A stretch of 64,000 bases of DNA from assembly GCA_034439575.1 (NCBI GenBank), contig JAWXAQ010000007.1, positions 1-64,000 of the forward strand. The letters run 5' to 3'. The DNA comes from Leptospira sp. Lineage in GTDB: Bacteria; Spirochaetota; Leptospiria; Leptospirales; Leptospiraceae. A model generated the notes under the pieces. The model saw nothing but the letters and a program-made list of their open reading frames with translations. It was not told the DNA's origin and ran no database searches. The position numbers and the translations under genes were made by a program. Of this stretch, positions 1 to 9,261 are shown one piece after another (position 1 is the stretch's first letter; each line of letters starts with the position of its first letter).

Positions 1-387
1 AAACTTAAAAAAATAGTGGATACTGTAAAACAGGAAAATATATTTTTCCTGTCACATAACGGCCCTAAGGGGCTTGGGTCTGAGCGAACTTCCATCTATG
101 GGGCAGATTTTAAACCTGAAGGTGGCGATTTTGGAGATGAAGATTTAATGCATGCCATTTCCTATGCCAAAGATATCGGTAAAAAAGTACCAGCCGTACT
201 TTCAGGTCATATGCATCACGGAATTCCAGCCTTAAAAAAAGAAAGACAATCTTTACTTTATGCAGGCGGTACTTTTTATATCAACGGAGCGAAAGTACCT
301 CGAATCAAAAAGGGTAGACATTTTCATACAAAAATAGAATGGAATGGCAGTTCGGTGACAGCCATCCCGACTTGGGTAGAAATCTAG
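1..387 (+). CDS. Metallophosphoesterase (calcineurin-like, TIGR04168-like), 5'-partial
   Basis: Frame open from position 1; motifs SHNGP and GHMHH typical of the C-terminal half of metallophosphoesterases. Confidence 0.7.
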   Translation, partial: KLKKIVDTVKQENIFFLSHNGPKGLGSERTSIYGADFKPEGGDFGDEDLMHAISYAKDIGKKVPAVLSGHMHHGIPALKKERQSLLYAGGTFYINGAKVPRIKKGRHFHTKIEWNGSSVTAIPTWVEI

Positions 388-446
388 AGATAAAATGTTA
401 TGAAATGTGAAAATCATAAGTAAATTATAATATGTGAAAATTTCAA

Positions 447-854
447 TTATTCCACTAAACTGGTTTCGATATTAATTTCACCTGTCAGAATTTTATGTAC
501 CGGGCAAACATTTGCTACTTGAAACAAACGATCACGTTCTTCATTTGATAAATTTCCGTTTATTTTAATTTTGCGAATAAATAGAGAATTTGTCGGTGAT
601 ATTTTATCAATATTGACTGACACTTCGACAGATTCCAGTGACATATTTTTTCTTTCAGCATACATGCGTATGGTGATACTTGTACAAGAACCAAGAGCCG
701 CTGCAAGTAATTGTGTCGGCATTGCACCCGAATTTCCACCATGCAGATCTAGTGGTTCATCTGCTATTATGATATGATCCCCTGCTTTTATAATTGTCTT
801 ATACTTTTCAATATCTGAACTCACAATGACATCGGTGGGAAATAAATTGGTCAT
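447..854 (-). CDS. OsmC/YhfA family protein
   Basis: DEP..GG...P..LL.AALGSC and CPVHKIL motifs. Confidence 0.9.
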   Translation of the reverse strand: MTNLFPTDVIVSSDIEKYKTIIKAGDHIIIADEPLDLHGGNSGAMPTQLLAAALGSCTSITIRMYAERKNMSLESVEVSVNIDKISPTNSLFIRKIKINGNLSNEERDRLFQVANVCPVHKILTGEINIETSLVE

Positions 855-966
855 AGTTCAATCTATCTTGAAATCTGAAGTTTCTCAAGAAAATTTTTTG
901 AATTTTTTTTCATTCAATTTGTATCGAAATGATTCGATTTTTGAACTTTCGAAATTTCAATACATT

Positions 967-1635
967 CTAAAGATGTCGCAATTCTTCTGCCTTTAGCAGA
1001 GCACGATCGCGATTTTCCATCATTGCATTTTGCACCCTTAATCTCTCTGATTCAAATTCATTTTCAGTAAGATTTCTTGGAATCATTATAGGATCGCCAT
1101 ATGACACGACAAAGGTGGTGAATGGTTTTGGCACTCTGTGTTTGTCCCATGCTTTTTCTAAGATCCATTGTTTTGTGCATTCATAATGAAAGGGAATGAT
1201 GGGCGCCTGTGTTAGTTGTGCAGCAGCGATAAGGCCTGGTTGAACAATAAGCGCGGGTCCCCTCGGACCATCGGGCGTAAAAGCAACAGAAAGCCCTTTT
1301 TTTAAATGAGAGATCATAGCTTTTAAAGCCTTAGGACCACCCTTTGAGGAACTTCCGCGTATACTTGTGTTACCAAATCGGAGAACCACTTGATTGATAA
1401 AATCTCCATCTTTTGACTCAGAAATCAAAACAGCGACATTCTTTCCTCTATGTAAATAGGGAGAGTACAATACGTTTGTATGCCAAATGGATAGTATTAA
1501 AGGAGAATGGTTTTTGACTAACTGATTATATGGCTCTTTTCCAAATTCATAAAATCTAGATGTTAGACCAATTAACCTCTGTAAGGTAACTGCAATAAGT
1601 GGAAGAAACCAAACCAAAAATTTTCGCTTCATCAA
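967..1635 (-). CDS. DUF374 lysophospholipid acyltransferase family protein
   Basis: WH, S.SKDG, RGSS.KGG and TPDGPRGP motifs. Confidence 0.88.
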   Translation of the reverse strand: MMKRKFLVWFLPLIAVTLQRLIGLTSRFYEFGKEPYNQLVKNHSPLILSIWHTNVLYSPYLHRGKNVAVLISESKDGDFINQVVLRFGNTSIRGSSSKGGPKALKAMISHLKKGLSVAFTPDGPRGPALIVQPGLIAAAQLTQAPIIPFHYECTKQWILEKAWDKHRVPKPFTTFVVSYGDPIMIPRNLTENEFESERLRVQNAMMENRDRALLKAEELRHL

Positions 1636-1676
1636 ATCTATTTTGTTATAGAATGGGAAGAATCAAGAAATAATTT

Positions 1677-1928
1677 TTAATTTGTATCTTTAGATTTCTT
1701 TTTAAAAATATCGCTCAGTTTTCCAAGTTCTTCAGATTTGATGTTTGCACCCGCTGCTTTTCTATTTTCTTCCTGAATTTCTTTGTAAACTTCCGCTCTA
1801 TGTACAGATACAGACTTCGGTGCTTTCACACCGATTTTTACTTGGTCACCCTTTATATCGACAATCACGATTTCTATGTCATCGCCGATCATAATAGATT
1901 GATTGCTTCGTCTAGCTAGAACTAACAC
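1677..1928 (-). CDS. csrA: Carbon storage regulator CsrA
   Basis: [16 protein letters not shown]...VKIG..AP..V.VHR.EVY; GTG start; adjacent to fliW. Confidence 0.97.
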   Translation of the reverse strand: MLVLARRSNQSIMIGDDIEIVIVDIKGDQVKIGVKAPKSVSVHRAEVYKEIQEENRKAAGANIKSEELGKLSDIFKKKSKDTN

Positions 1929-1931
1929 GAA

Positions 1932-2393
1932 TTAAACCTTTTGAGATGAAGGTTCTTCCATCATCTCTACGATACTTTTTCTGATTGGATGATTTTCATC
2001 TCTGGAAATCAATTGTTTACCAGTGCCTGTTTTTACATTAATCACGACTGGCCCTTGTAAATTAGCAGTCATACCACGTGGGTTGTCATGCGGAATTGTA
2101 ACGATTAAAAAAACTACACCTTCTGAATGTGAATTCAATCCTATCTCTTTTAATTCTTCTTCAGAAACATTTGGAATGTATTCATTTAAAAATAGTTCAG
2201 GTTGAATCATTATAAAAGCTAGGCCTGCTTCCTTTGTCGATTGTAACCACTTAAAAGGACTTTCTGCATTTTCTTCAATGAGGGCATACTCTGTATATTT
2301 TTCAAAGCCCAATAATCCTTGGGGAAATTGCAAAATTTGTTTGTCCTCAACTTGAATTGTTCCAAAAGGTTTTGTATGTAATGTAATGGGCAT
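1932..2393 (-). CDS. fliW: Flagellar assembly factor FliW (CsrA antagonist)
   Basis: FP.GL.GFE, WLQS and TANL.GP motifs; lies between flgL and csrA. Confidence 0.95.
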   Translation of the reverse strand: MPITLHTKPFGTIQVEDKQILQFPQGLLGFEKYTEYALIEENAESPFKWLQSTKEAGLAFIMIQPELFLNEYIPNVSEEELKEIGLNSHSEGVVFLIVTIPHDNPRGMTANLQGPVVINVKTGTGKQLISRDENHPIRKSIVEMMEEPSSQKV

Positions 2394-2408
2394 CTTAAAT
2401 CCTAAATT

Positions 2409-3677
2409 TTAACGAAGAAAGTCCATCAATGTAGGTTTTATTATTTTAGAACCTACATTTAACGCATAACTATGGATAGTTTCTAACCACTTTAAATTCA
2501 TAATGGTTTCTGGGAAATCAATGCCTTCATTTTTTGCAAGTAGTTCTGTCATATACATCTTGTCATACGAAACTCGATCTTCATGTTCTTCCATGCGATT
2601 CATTCTCGCACCAACAGTTGATCTATGACGCAAAATATTTTCAAGTGCTAAGTCCAAATCTCCGAGATCGCGACCACCAATACGTTCTTGGTCTTTCTGA
2701 ATTAGATCATTTCGTAACTGAATCAAAACATCAAATACCGACAAACCAGTAACAGTAGCCGACTTAGAATAATTATTTGGTGGTTCACTTGCAGATGGTT
2801 CGATAAGTCCAATGTCTTTTAATACTGTGCCACCACCAACATCCTCCATCCAAATTTGATGTGGTGCCGTGGAAGATATGGAAATATTATCTTGAGCAAG
2901 TTTACTCGCCTTCACTTCCAATGGAGCATTGTTAATTTTATCGATCACATCATCAATAGTATCCCCAACAGAAATGTGAATCTCTACGTTATCAATTTTG
3001 AATATTTGATCAGAGGTTGCTTGGTACGCAGAGTTATCTACCTTACTTGTCACACTCACATTCGTTCCCCAGAACACTTTATTTCCAGGAATCGTTACGG
3101 GAATGTATTCGCCCTTTTCGATTTCACGGAGTTGTTCTCCGATATCACCGCGGTATTCGACACCAACATATTGGTTTTTTAATTCGAGTCCTTGTAATCC
3201 TTTAATTTTTGATTCAATAGGTTCAAAGGGAGGTCTTTCTGTGACAAATCCACCAAACAATGGTTGGCCTGTTGCATCTCTTGCATTGGCAAGGTCTACA
3301 ATGGCACGAAGGTGTTGGTCGATTTCTTTTCCTATAGCAACTTCTAATTCAAAACCTTTATCGCCTTGGTAGATACCATTCCCTGCTTGGACAGTTAGAA
3401 CGCGTACTCTCTGGAAGATTTCGCCCATTTTATCAAGGACACCATCAACCTGTTGCAATCTTTGATAACCATCTGCAATATTTTCATCGTATTGTACGAG
3501 TTCATTGATCCTAGATCGAAAATACATTTGATTAATGGCACCACTCGGATCATCTGAAGGTTTACGAATTTTTAATCCTGTCCCTAATTGATTTTGTGTT
3601 TCATCCAGTGCAATTTGATGACGATTCAAATTGCGAACAAGGGAATTATTTTGCATCATATTTGTGATACGAATCAT
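2409..3677 (-). CDS. flgL: Flagellar hook-associated protein 3 FlgL
   Basis: Flagellin-like N-terminus (TG.KI.KPSDDP); C-terminal PTLMDFLR; follows flgK. Confidence 0.95.
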   Translation of the reverse strand: MIRITNMMQNNSLVRNLNRHQIALDETQNQLGTGLKIRKPSDDPSGAINQMYFRSRINELVQYDENIADGYQRLQQVDGVLDKMGEIFQRVRVLTVQAGNGIYQGDKGFELEVAIGKEIDQHLRAIVDLANARDATGQPLFGGFVTERPPFEPIESKIKGLQGLELKNQYVGVEYRGDIGEQLREIEKGEYIPVTIPGNKVFWGTNVSVTSKVDNSAYQATSDQIFKIDNVEIHISVGDTIDDVIDKINNAPLEVKASKLAQDNISISSTAPHQIWMEDVGGGTVLKDIGLIEPSASEPPNNYSKSATVTGLSVFDVLIQLRNDLIQKDQERIGGRDLGDLDLALENILRHRSTVGARMNRMEEHEDRVSYDKMYMTELLAKNEGIDFPETIMNLKWLETIHSYALNVGSKIIKPTLMDFLR

Positions 3678-3679
3678 AA

Positions 3680-5593
3680 TTAACCACCTAACCTATTTAT
3701 AATAGTATCTAACATATCATTCATGGTTGATATCATTCTAGCAGCCGCATTGTATGACTGTTGGAATTGTACCATGTTTGCCATTTCCTCATCTAAGTTC
3801 ACACCCATGACTGATTGACGCATGTTTTCCAATTCCGTCATTAGCTCTGTTTGAGTCGTATATTCCTGGTTTGCTTCTCTTGCTTCTGTACCGATTTTAG
3901 AAATCAGAGAGTTATAGAAGTCATCAGTCGTTTTTGAGTAATCAAACATAACTGGTTTTTCACGAAGAGCTGCAGCTATGAGTAAAGCATTCGTTCCATC
4001 TTTGTGCCCATGAGGAGTGTTATAATCTCCAGTGCCTCCGACATCTTTACCTCTAGCTGCGGCAATGTTAGCCGGATTGTTTTTAACATCGACTGACATT
4101 TTGAAGAATGCAGAAGGATGATACATAGGCGTGAGAGTTAAATCTTGCGAATTTGCTTGGAATTTATTTAGTTCTCCCAATTTTCTATAATCGAAAGACC
4201 CTGCTGTTCCGCTTGCAGATAAAACACCCGTTAACCCAACTAACAACTCACCGGAGTCTTCTAAATGACGAATCATGAAGTTTTCTTTTTTATCAAACTT
4301 ATTCGTCGTAGCTTTTAAGGCCAATTGGTTATCATGCGACATATAAGCAACAACACCCGTTTCCGAACGATTGATACGTTTGATCACAGCGTTCAAAGTG
4401 TCATCTTTTGAATAAGGTACTAAAACTTCTTCTTCACCACGAGCCGTTGGTCGTAAAAATTTTAAAGCACCGCTGATTCCAATAGGACGATCTGGATCTA
4501 TCGAAGTCCTTCCTGTAACTCGAAAAACAGCTGTTTTGTCATTGAGACCATCGCCGTCCGTATCGATTTCACCAAAGGTATTTGTAGCAAGGGATCTTTC
4601 TTCAAAGAAGCCAAGATTTGTTTTTCCATTTAATCCAAATCCGTCTTTGTGGATTTCATTGATGATATCCATTGCATTGATGGAAAGCGCATCGACTTGG
4701 TTTATTTTTTCGACAAGGATGTTATCACGGATTTCATATAAAGCTTGAATACTACCTTTTCTAAGTAATACTGGATTTCCCGTTTCTTGCCATTTCATAT
4801 CAAGCAAACCGTCGTTTGTGGGGTTTCCAACGAGATCTATTTTGTGAACTTTTTGGCCTTGTACCAAAATCTGTTGTCCAATAAAAACCATAAGTTCGTC
4901 TTCATCACTGCGACCAATAGTAATGTCCACCATCCCAGCAAGTTCTTGTAAAAGTTCATCCCTTCTATCAAGTAAATCATTTGGATTGTCACCTAAGGCT
5001 TGTGATTTTGTAATTTTTTCATTTAAAGATTTGATATTCTCAGCAATTGTATTTAAATGATTAACTTTTGATTCTACTTCTCTATTTGCTTGGTCACGTA
5101 GTTGTGTGAGTTTTTTAAACACATCCTCCATACGACTTCCAAGGCCTTCTGCCTTTTCTTGTACGACAGCTCTGTGAGCAGTTTCTTCAGGATAACTAGA
5201 TAAATCTTCCCAAGCTGACCAGAAATTGTCCATAAGCGAACGTAAGGTGGTACCAGATGGTTCGTTAAATACAGTTTCTACTTGGTATAAATAATCATTT
5301 TTCTTTCCCCAATAGTCTTTAAGGGACGAAGATTCTATAATACGATCATCAATAAAATTATCGCGGACGCGTTCGATTTCCGCAACCTTTACACCTTGTC
5401 CGATTTGGCCTGCCACTTCTGCCCTATTTAACGCTGGTTCGTAAAGTGGATCCATGCTATTCATTACAACTCTTTGCCGAGCATAATGTTTGTTATCTGC
5501 ATTGGAAATATTGTGACCCGTTGTCTGTATGGCTTGCTGGTGAGCAGAAAGCCCTCTTTTACTGATCTCGATTCCTTGAAACGTGGATCCCAT
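3680..5593 (-). CDS. flgK: Flagellar hook-associated protein 1 FlgK
   Basis: GHNISNA...Y.RQ N-terminus; [20 protein letters not shown]-terminus; AGGAG RBS. Confidence 0.96.
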   Translation of the reverse strand: MGSTFQGIEISKRGLSAHQQAIQTTGHNISNADNKHYARQRVVMNSMDPLYEPALNRAEVAGQIGQGVKVAEIERVRDNFIDDRIIESSSLKDYWGKKNDYLYQVETVFNEPSGTTLRSLMDNFWSAWEDLSSYPEETAHRAVVQEKAEGLGSRMEDVFKKLTQLRDQANREVESKVNHLNTIAENIKSLNEKITKSQALGDNPNDLLDRRDELLQELAGMVDITIGRSDEDELMVFIGQQILVQGQKVHKIDLVGNPTNDGLLDMKWQETGNPVLLRKGSIQALYEIRDNILVEKINQVDALSINAMDIINEIHKDGFGLNGKTNLGFFEERSLATNTFGEIDTDGDGLNDKTAVFRVTGRTSIDPDRPIGISGALKFLRPTARGEEEVLVPYSKDDTLNAVIKRINRSETGVVAYMSHDNQLALKATTNKFDKKENFMIRHLEDSGELLVGLTGVLSASGTAGSFDYRKLGELNKFQANSQDLTLTPMYHPSAFFKMSVDVKNNPANIAAARGKDVGGTGDYNTPHGHKDGTNALLIAAALREKPVMFDYSKTTDDFYNSLISKIGTEAREANQEYTTQTELMTELENMRQSVMGVNLDEEMANMVQFQQSYNAAARMISTMNDMLDTIINRLGG

Positions 5594-5603
5594 AATCTAT
5601 CTC

Positions 5604-6115
5604 CTAGGCAGTCGCGTTCAAAATGACCGCGCTCTTGTGGCCCTGCCCTCGCCGGATCGGTTGGTTATTTGATGTATAAACTTTTTCTCTCGCATGTTCT
5701 TGGAGAGAATCGATTGTCGTTTGAAGAAAATCTTTTTTGGTTCGTAAAAGTTTTTCATCACCATGATAGCTTCTTTTAAATTTTGAACAGTTGTCTTCAA
5801 TTCCTGTGCAAAACCTTTTAACTTATAATTCGAGTCGCGATCCATTTGATTTAGAAAATGTGTGAGAGTGAGTGTTTCCTCATCACGTTTGAAATTTTCT
5901 TTGGCATAAATCTCTTCTATCGACTTCATCCGAATTCTTTCTAATTCAGATGCTTCTACCATGATATGGTAACTTTCTTTCACATGAGATTCGAGGGATT
6001 TCCCATCGGCGGTATGGATCGCCTGTCTTTTTTTCCCTTCTATTTCCAAAAGGCGCTTATAGCAGTCTATTTCACTAGTAAATAGGCTTGTAATTGATTC
6101 TACCCAATCAAACAT
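5604..6115 (-). pseudogene. flgN: Flagellar export chaperone FlgN with an apparent 1-nt frameshift near 5758 (real lesion or assembly error)
   Basis: First gene before flgK. Adding one base after ...ATC ATG GTG gives VNEKLLRTKKDFLQTTIDSLQ...NATA* ending at TAG 5604-5606, which overlaps the flgK RBS. As sequenced, the ORF ends at 5618 with an unusual basic tail. Confidence 0.7.
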
Positions 6116-6139
6116 TAAGTTTCCATTCCCTCAGATGAA

Positions 6140-6166
6140 GGATCGACGGAATTCGAAACATGCTTA
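6140..6166 (-). promoter_or_regulatory. Sigma-28 (FliA)-type promoter of the flgN-flgK-flgL-fliW-csrA operon
   Basis: Minus strand reads TAAG-N15-GTCGATCC, 24 nt upstream of the flgN ATG; close to consensus TAAA-N15-GCCGATAA. Confidence 0.75.
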
Positions 6167-6200
6167 GGATATTTTATAAAAATTTACTATTTTAGTGTAT

Positions 6201-6383
6201 ATGTCACCAAAATCACCCTGTACTAAAGTCTGTATGATGGACCCAGATTCTGGATTCTGCGCTGGTTGTTTTCGAACTTTGAAAGAAATCGGAATGTGGA
6301 CTTTGTATTCTGATGAAGAAAAAGAGAAAATTCGAGGAGAATTAGTAGAAAGAAAGAACCAAATCCAAGGAAATCCCCCTTAG
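6201..6383 (+). CDS. DUF1289 family small Cys-rich protein
   Basis: SPC.KVC.MD...G.C.GC.RTL.EI..W motif; ATG at 6201. Confidence 0.9.
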   Translation: MSPKSPCTKVCMMDPDSGFCAGCFRTLKEIGMWTLYSDEEKEKIRGELVERKNQIQGNPP

Positions 6384-6400
6384 TTTAAAATACTAAGGGG
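6376..6400. terminator. Hairpin between convergent genes (probable bidirectional terminator)
   Basis: CCCCTTAGT-N7-ACTAAGGGG perfect 9-bp inverted repeat. Confidence 0.7.
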
Positions 6401-6424
6401 AAATTCATGTTTTTAGCAAATTAA

Positions 6425-6709
6425 TTAAGCGCTTTTATCTATTTTGGTTCTGTGTTCTTCGCATAGACGGTAAAGTTTGCCCGTCGAAGGATTTTTTTTA
6501 CTTACCTTTGTGCCACATACAATGCAAAGACCTTGTGTCCTTCTGCGCTTGTATAACAGCTGCACTCTTTCTGCGCCAGAAAGATTGTACTTACTGATTT
6601 GAAGTCGAATCCCCTTGATCAAATAACTTCCGATGGAAGATTCTTCTCCTTTTTTTAGGCTCGAGAAAATCTTTCCTAATTCATCGGCTTTGATTGATTT
6701 TGGTTTCAT
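6425..6709 (-). CDS. Small basic hypothetical protein with a putative CxxC...CxxH zinc site
   Basis: 94 aa, K/R-rich, CIVC and LCEEH; GGGG RBS. Confidence 0.75.
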   Translation of the reverse strand: MKPKSIKADELGKIFSSLKKGEESSIGSYLIKGIRLQISKYNLSGAERVQLLYKRRRTQGLCIVCGTKVSKKNPSTGKLYRLCEEHRTKIDKSA

Positions 6710-6923
6710 AGTTACCCCTACTATCTTTTGTTAGTTTTTCTCGTGTTAGATTTATAAATGTTAATGCATATTAGGTAGTACCCTCTAACGCGCAACATTA
6801 TTTTATATCGAACCAATCGTATTTTTAAAATAACAATTTTGAGATTTTCTCTCATTTAAAATATTAGAATTTTGAATTGCATTCTTCTATATCAAGTACT
6901 CAATTTTGGGTATGAGGTAATGT

Positions 6924-7247
6924 ATGTCATCAAACCAAGAAACTTCTCCTAAATATAAATCATTAAAAGAATTTTTCCCTTTCTATCTTTCCGAACATAG
7001 CCATCCAGTGAATCGTGCACTGCATTTTATCGGCAGTTCGCTGGCACTAGGCTTTTTGTTAGGCTTTATTTCAACTTTTTCATGGATTAACCTAGTTTCT
7101 GCGCTCGTATCGGGATATTTATTTGCCTGGATAGGTCATTTCTTCGTAGAACACAACCGACCAGCCACTTTCAAATATCCATTTTATTCTTTTGTTTCTG
7201 ATTGGATGATGTACGGACGCATGTTAATTGGGAGAAACACTAGGTAA
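6924..7247 (+). CDS. DUF962/Mpo1-like membrane protein
   Basis: F.PFYL.EH.HP.NR.LH..G and AW.GHFF.E.NRPATF.YP motifs. Confidence 0.9.
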   Translation: MSSNQETSPKYKSLKEFFPFYLSEHSHPVNRALHFIGSSLALGFLLGFISTFSWINLVSALVSGYLFAWIGHFFVEHNRPATFKYPFYSFVSDWMMYGRMLIGRNTR

Positions 7248-7252
7248 TCTAC

Positions 7253-7879
7253 TTGTCTAAAATATATAAAAAGTTTTGGAATGATTCCAAATTATTTGGG
7301 ATCATTCTAATTTTATTAACACTATCATTTCCAAATTGCAAAAAGAAAGATCTTGGTCCAGACATTGAAAGTATCCAGAGGGATCGTTCGCTTGATGTTA
7401 GATCTTCTGTTGCGAAACTATTACCCATCATATTTGAATGGCGTTTGAAAGATTGGAAATTAAATGCGGACCCAAAAACAAATGAATGGATTTTAGATGT
7501 TTCGTATGGTGGAACCACTGCCCTTACTTTCCATTCCACGGAAGAATATAGCAAGGATACTGTGGAAACTCATGCTCTCTATCATTTAAAACTCATTTCT
7601 GCACTATCACATTTACCAATTCGTGAAATCCGTTTGAATTTAACCAAACCACTTTATGTGAAAGGAGAAACAAAACCAGAATCTGAAATCCAAGAGTTTG
7701 AAATTTATAGAACCAAAACAGATGGATCAAAAATTGCTGAAATCTTAACAAAAAACAAAAATATTAATTTATTCGATTCTTCGAATTTGGATCAAAAGAA
7801 AATTCGTGAGATGATTGATGAAGCTCAGAAATTTTGGTTTGTTGAGTTAAACGAACTACCTCGCATTACTTTGGAATGA
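7253..7879 (+). CDS. Hypothetical lipoprotein
   Basis: Basic N-terminus, hydrophobic stretch, then Cys (SFPNC); follows DUF962 directly. Confidence 0.65.
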   Translation: MSKIYKKFWNDSKLFGIILILLTLSFPNCKKKDLGPDIESIQRDRSLDVRSSVAKLLPIIFEWRLKDWKLNADPKTNEWILDVSYGGTTALTFHSTEEYSKDTVETHALYHLKLISALSHLPIREIRLNLTKPLYVKGETKPESEIQEFEIYRTKTDGSKIAEILTKNKNINLFDSSNLDQKKIREMIDEAQKFWFVELNELPRITLE

Positions 7880-8522
7880 TCCAAGGGCTAGGATCTTCGA
7901 CTGCTATTTGCAATCTGTCTAGGTAAGAATTTTTGGGGATTTCATACGCCCCAAGTGACCATGTAACATGATTTAGCTGTTGAGTATCAAATAACATAAA
8001 ACCACCTTCACGTAACTTTTGAAATAAGTGAAATAGAGCTATTTTGCCTGCATCAGATTCATAGGCAAACATAGACTCCCCGGCAAAAAATTTACCAATC
8101 GCGACACCATATACACCGCCAACCAATTCATTTTTTTCATTCCATGCTTCCACACTATGTGCCCATCCAAGCCGATGCAACATTTGGTATCCTTTCAAAA
8201 ATCCAGGTGTGATCCAAGTATTGTCCTTTTCACGATAAGAACAACTCTGCATCACCGCTTGAAAGGCTTCGTTATATGTAATACGAAACTGTTCTTTTCT
8301 TATTTTTCTAAGGCTGGTCTTTGAAAAGTGTACATTATTTAAATCGAATATAGCTCTTGGATCCAGAGAGTACCAACGAATCGGATTTTCAGACCAGGGA
8401 AAAATACCATGTGTGTAGGCGTACAATAACCTCTCTGAGTTAAAGTCACCACCTACTGCGATTAGGTCTTCTTTACTAACACGAGGGTCTTTGAAAAATT
8501 GTTTGAAATCTCTTTGCGTCAA
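7866..8522 (-). CDS. aat: Leucyl/phenylalanyl-tRNA--protein transferase
   Basis: AY..GIFPW, AHSVEAW, VGG.YGV.IG.FF.GESMF. Confidence 0.95.
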   Translation of the reverse strand: MTQRDFKQFFKDPRVSKEDLIAVGGDFNSERLLYAYTHGIFPWSENPIRWYSLDPRAIFDLNNVHFSKTSLRKIRKEQFRITYNEAFQAVMQSCSYREKDNTWITPGFLKGYQMLHRLGWAHSVEAWNEKNELVGGVYGVAIGKFFAGESMFAYESDAGKIALFHLFQKLREGGFMLFDTQQLNHVTWSLGAYEIPKNSYLDRLQIAVEDPSPWIIPK

Positions 8523-9250
8523 TCGAGAAGAATATCCTTTGGGTAATCATAAACAATTTTCACTTTTAGACTCTTGCCATTTTCATTATTGATATTCGAA
8601 AGTCCTTCGAACTGAAGGATACGTTTCGTATTATAATCATACACAAGTAAGAAGGGATTTACAATCCGTTTCAATATAAAATTATCAATTTCCAATTTCA
8701 GATAGAGAGCATTTCTATCTTTCCAAGTATCATCTTTTATTTTTTCTACGGCAAATAGGTAATCATCCAATTGCACAGGAGCTAAAAAATGAAAAGACAT
8801 CCTTTCTCCTTTAGATAATTTTTCCCAATTTTCCCTTACAAAATAATCAAAACCACCATCCATAACGGAAGGACGTTGAGGAATGTAGGATTTTTCTTCG
8901 ATCGGATCTTCGAATTTTCTACGGAAAAAAAGTTTTACCTGATTTCCTTTCACCTCAGCTCCTTCGATGTACCCATCTCGGAAGTCCTCGGTTTTGAAAG
9001 TGGGAGTCGTGGCATTGGGGGAAAATTGAATGTTCTTTCTTCCGAACTCGTTTCCTTTCGCATCCTTATAGCTGATAAGCGAATAGATATGTTTATCCCC
9101 AGAATAAAATTCTCTGTGGTTGTCAGAATAGAGATACTTTCCCGACTTCAAATCGTAGGCTTTACCAAAATACTGATACCTAGGTTTTTCGCCCCAAATA
9201 GGGAAAAATGATGGAAAAACAATGACCAAGAATAGGATTTTACGAAGCAT
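8519..9250 (-). CDS. Exported hypothetical protein
   Basis: Signal peptide; D.GFD.FVR.NW motif; 4-nt overlap with aat. Confidence 0.75.
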   Translation of the reverse strand: MLRKILFLVIVFPSFFPIWGEKPRYQYFGKAYDLKSGKYLYSDNHREFYSGDKHIYSLISYKDAKGNEFGRKNIQFSPNATTPTFKTEDFRDGYIEGAEVKGNQVKLFFRRKFEDPIEEKSYIPQRPSVMDGGFDYFVRENWEKLSKGERMSFHFLAPVQLDDYLFAVEKIKDDTWKDRNALYLKLEIDNFILKRIVNPFLLVYDYNTKRILQFEGLSNINNENGKSLKVKIVYDYPKDILLD

Positions 9251-9261
9251 ACTTTTTAGAC

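Noticed and set aside
405..441. Direct repeat ATGTGAAAAT at 405 and 432
   Set aside because: Only two 10-bp AT-rich copies between convergent genes; not a CRISPR array, and no promoter context
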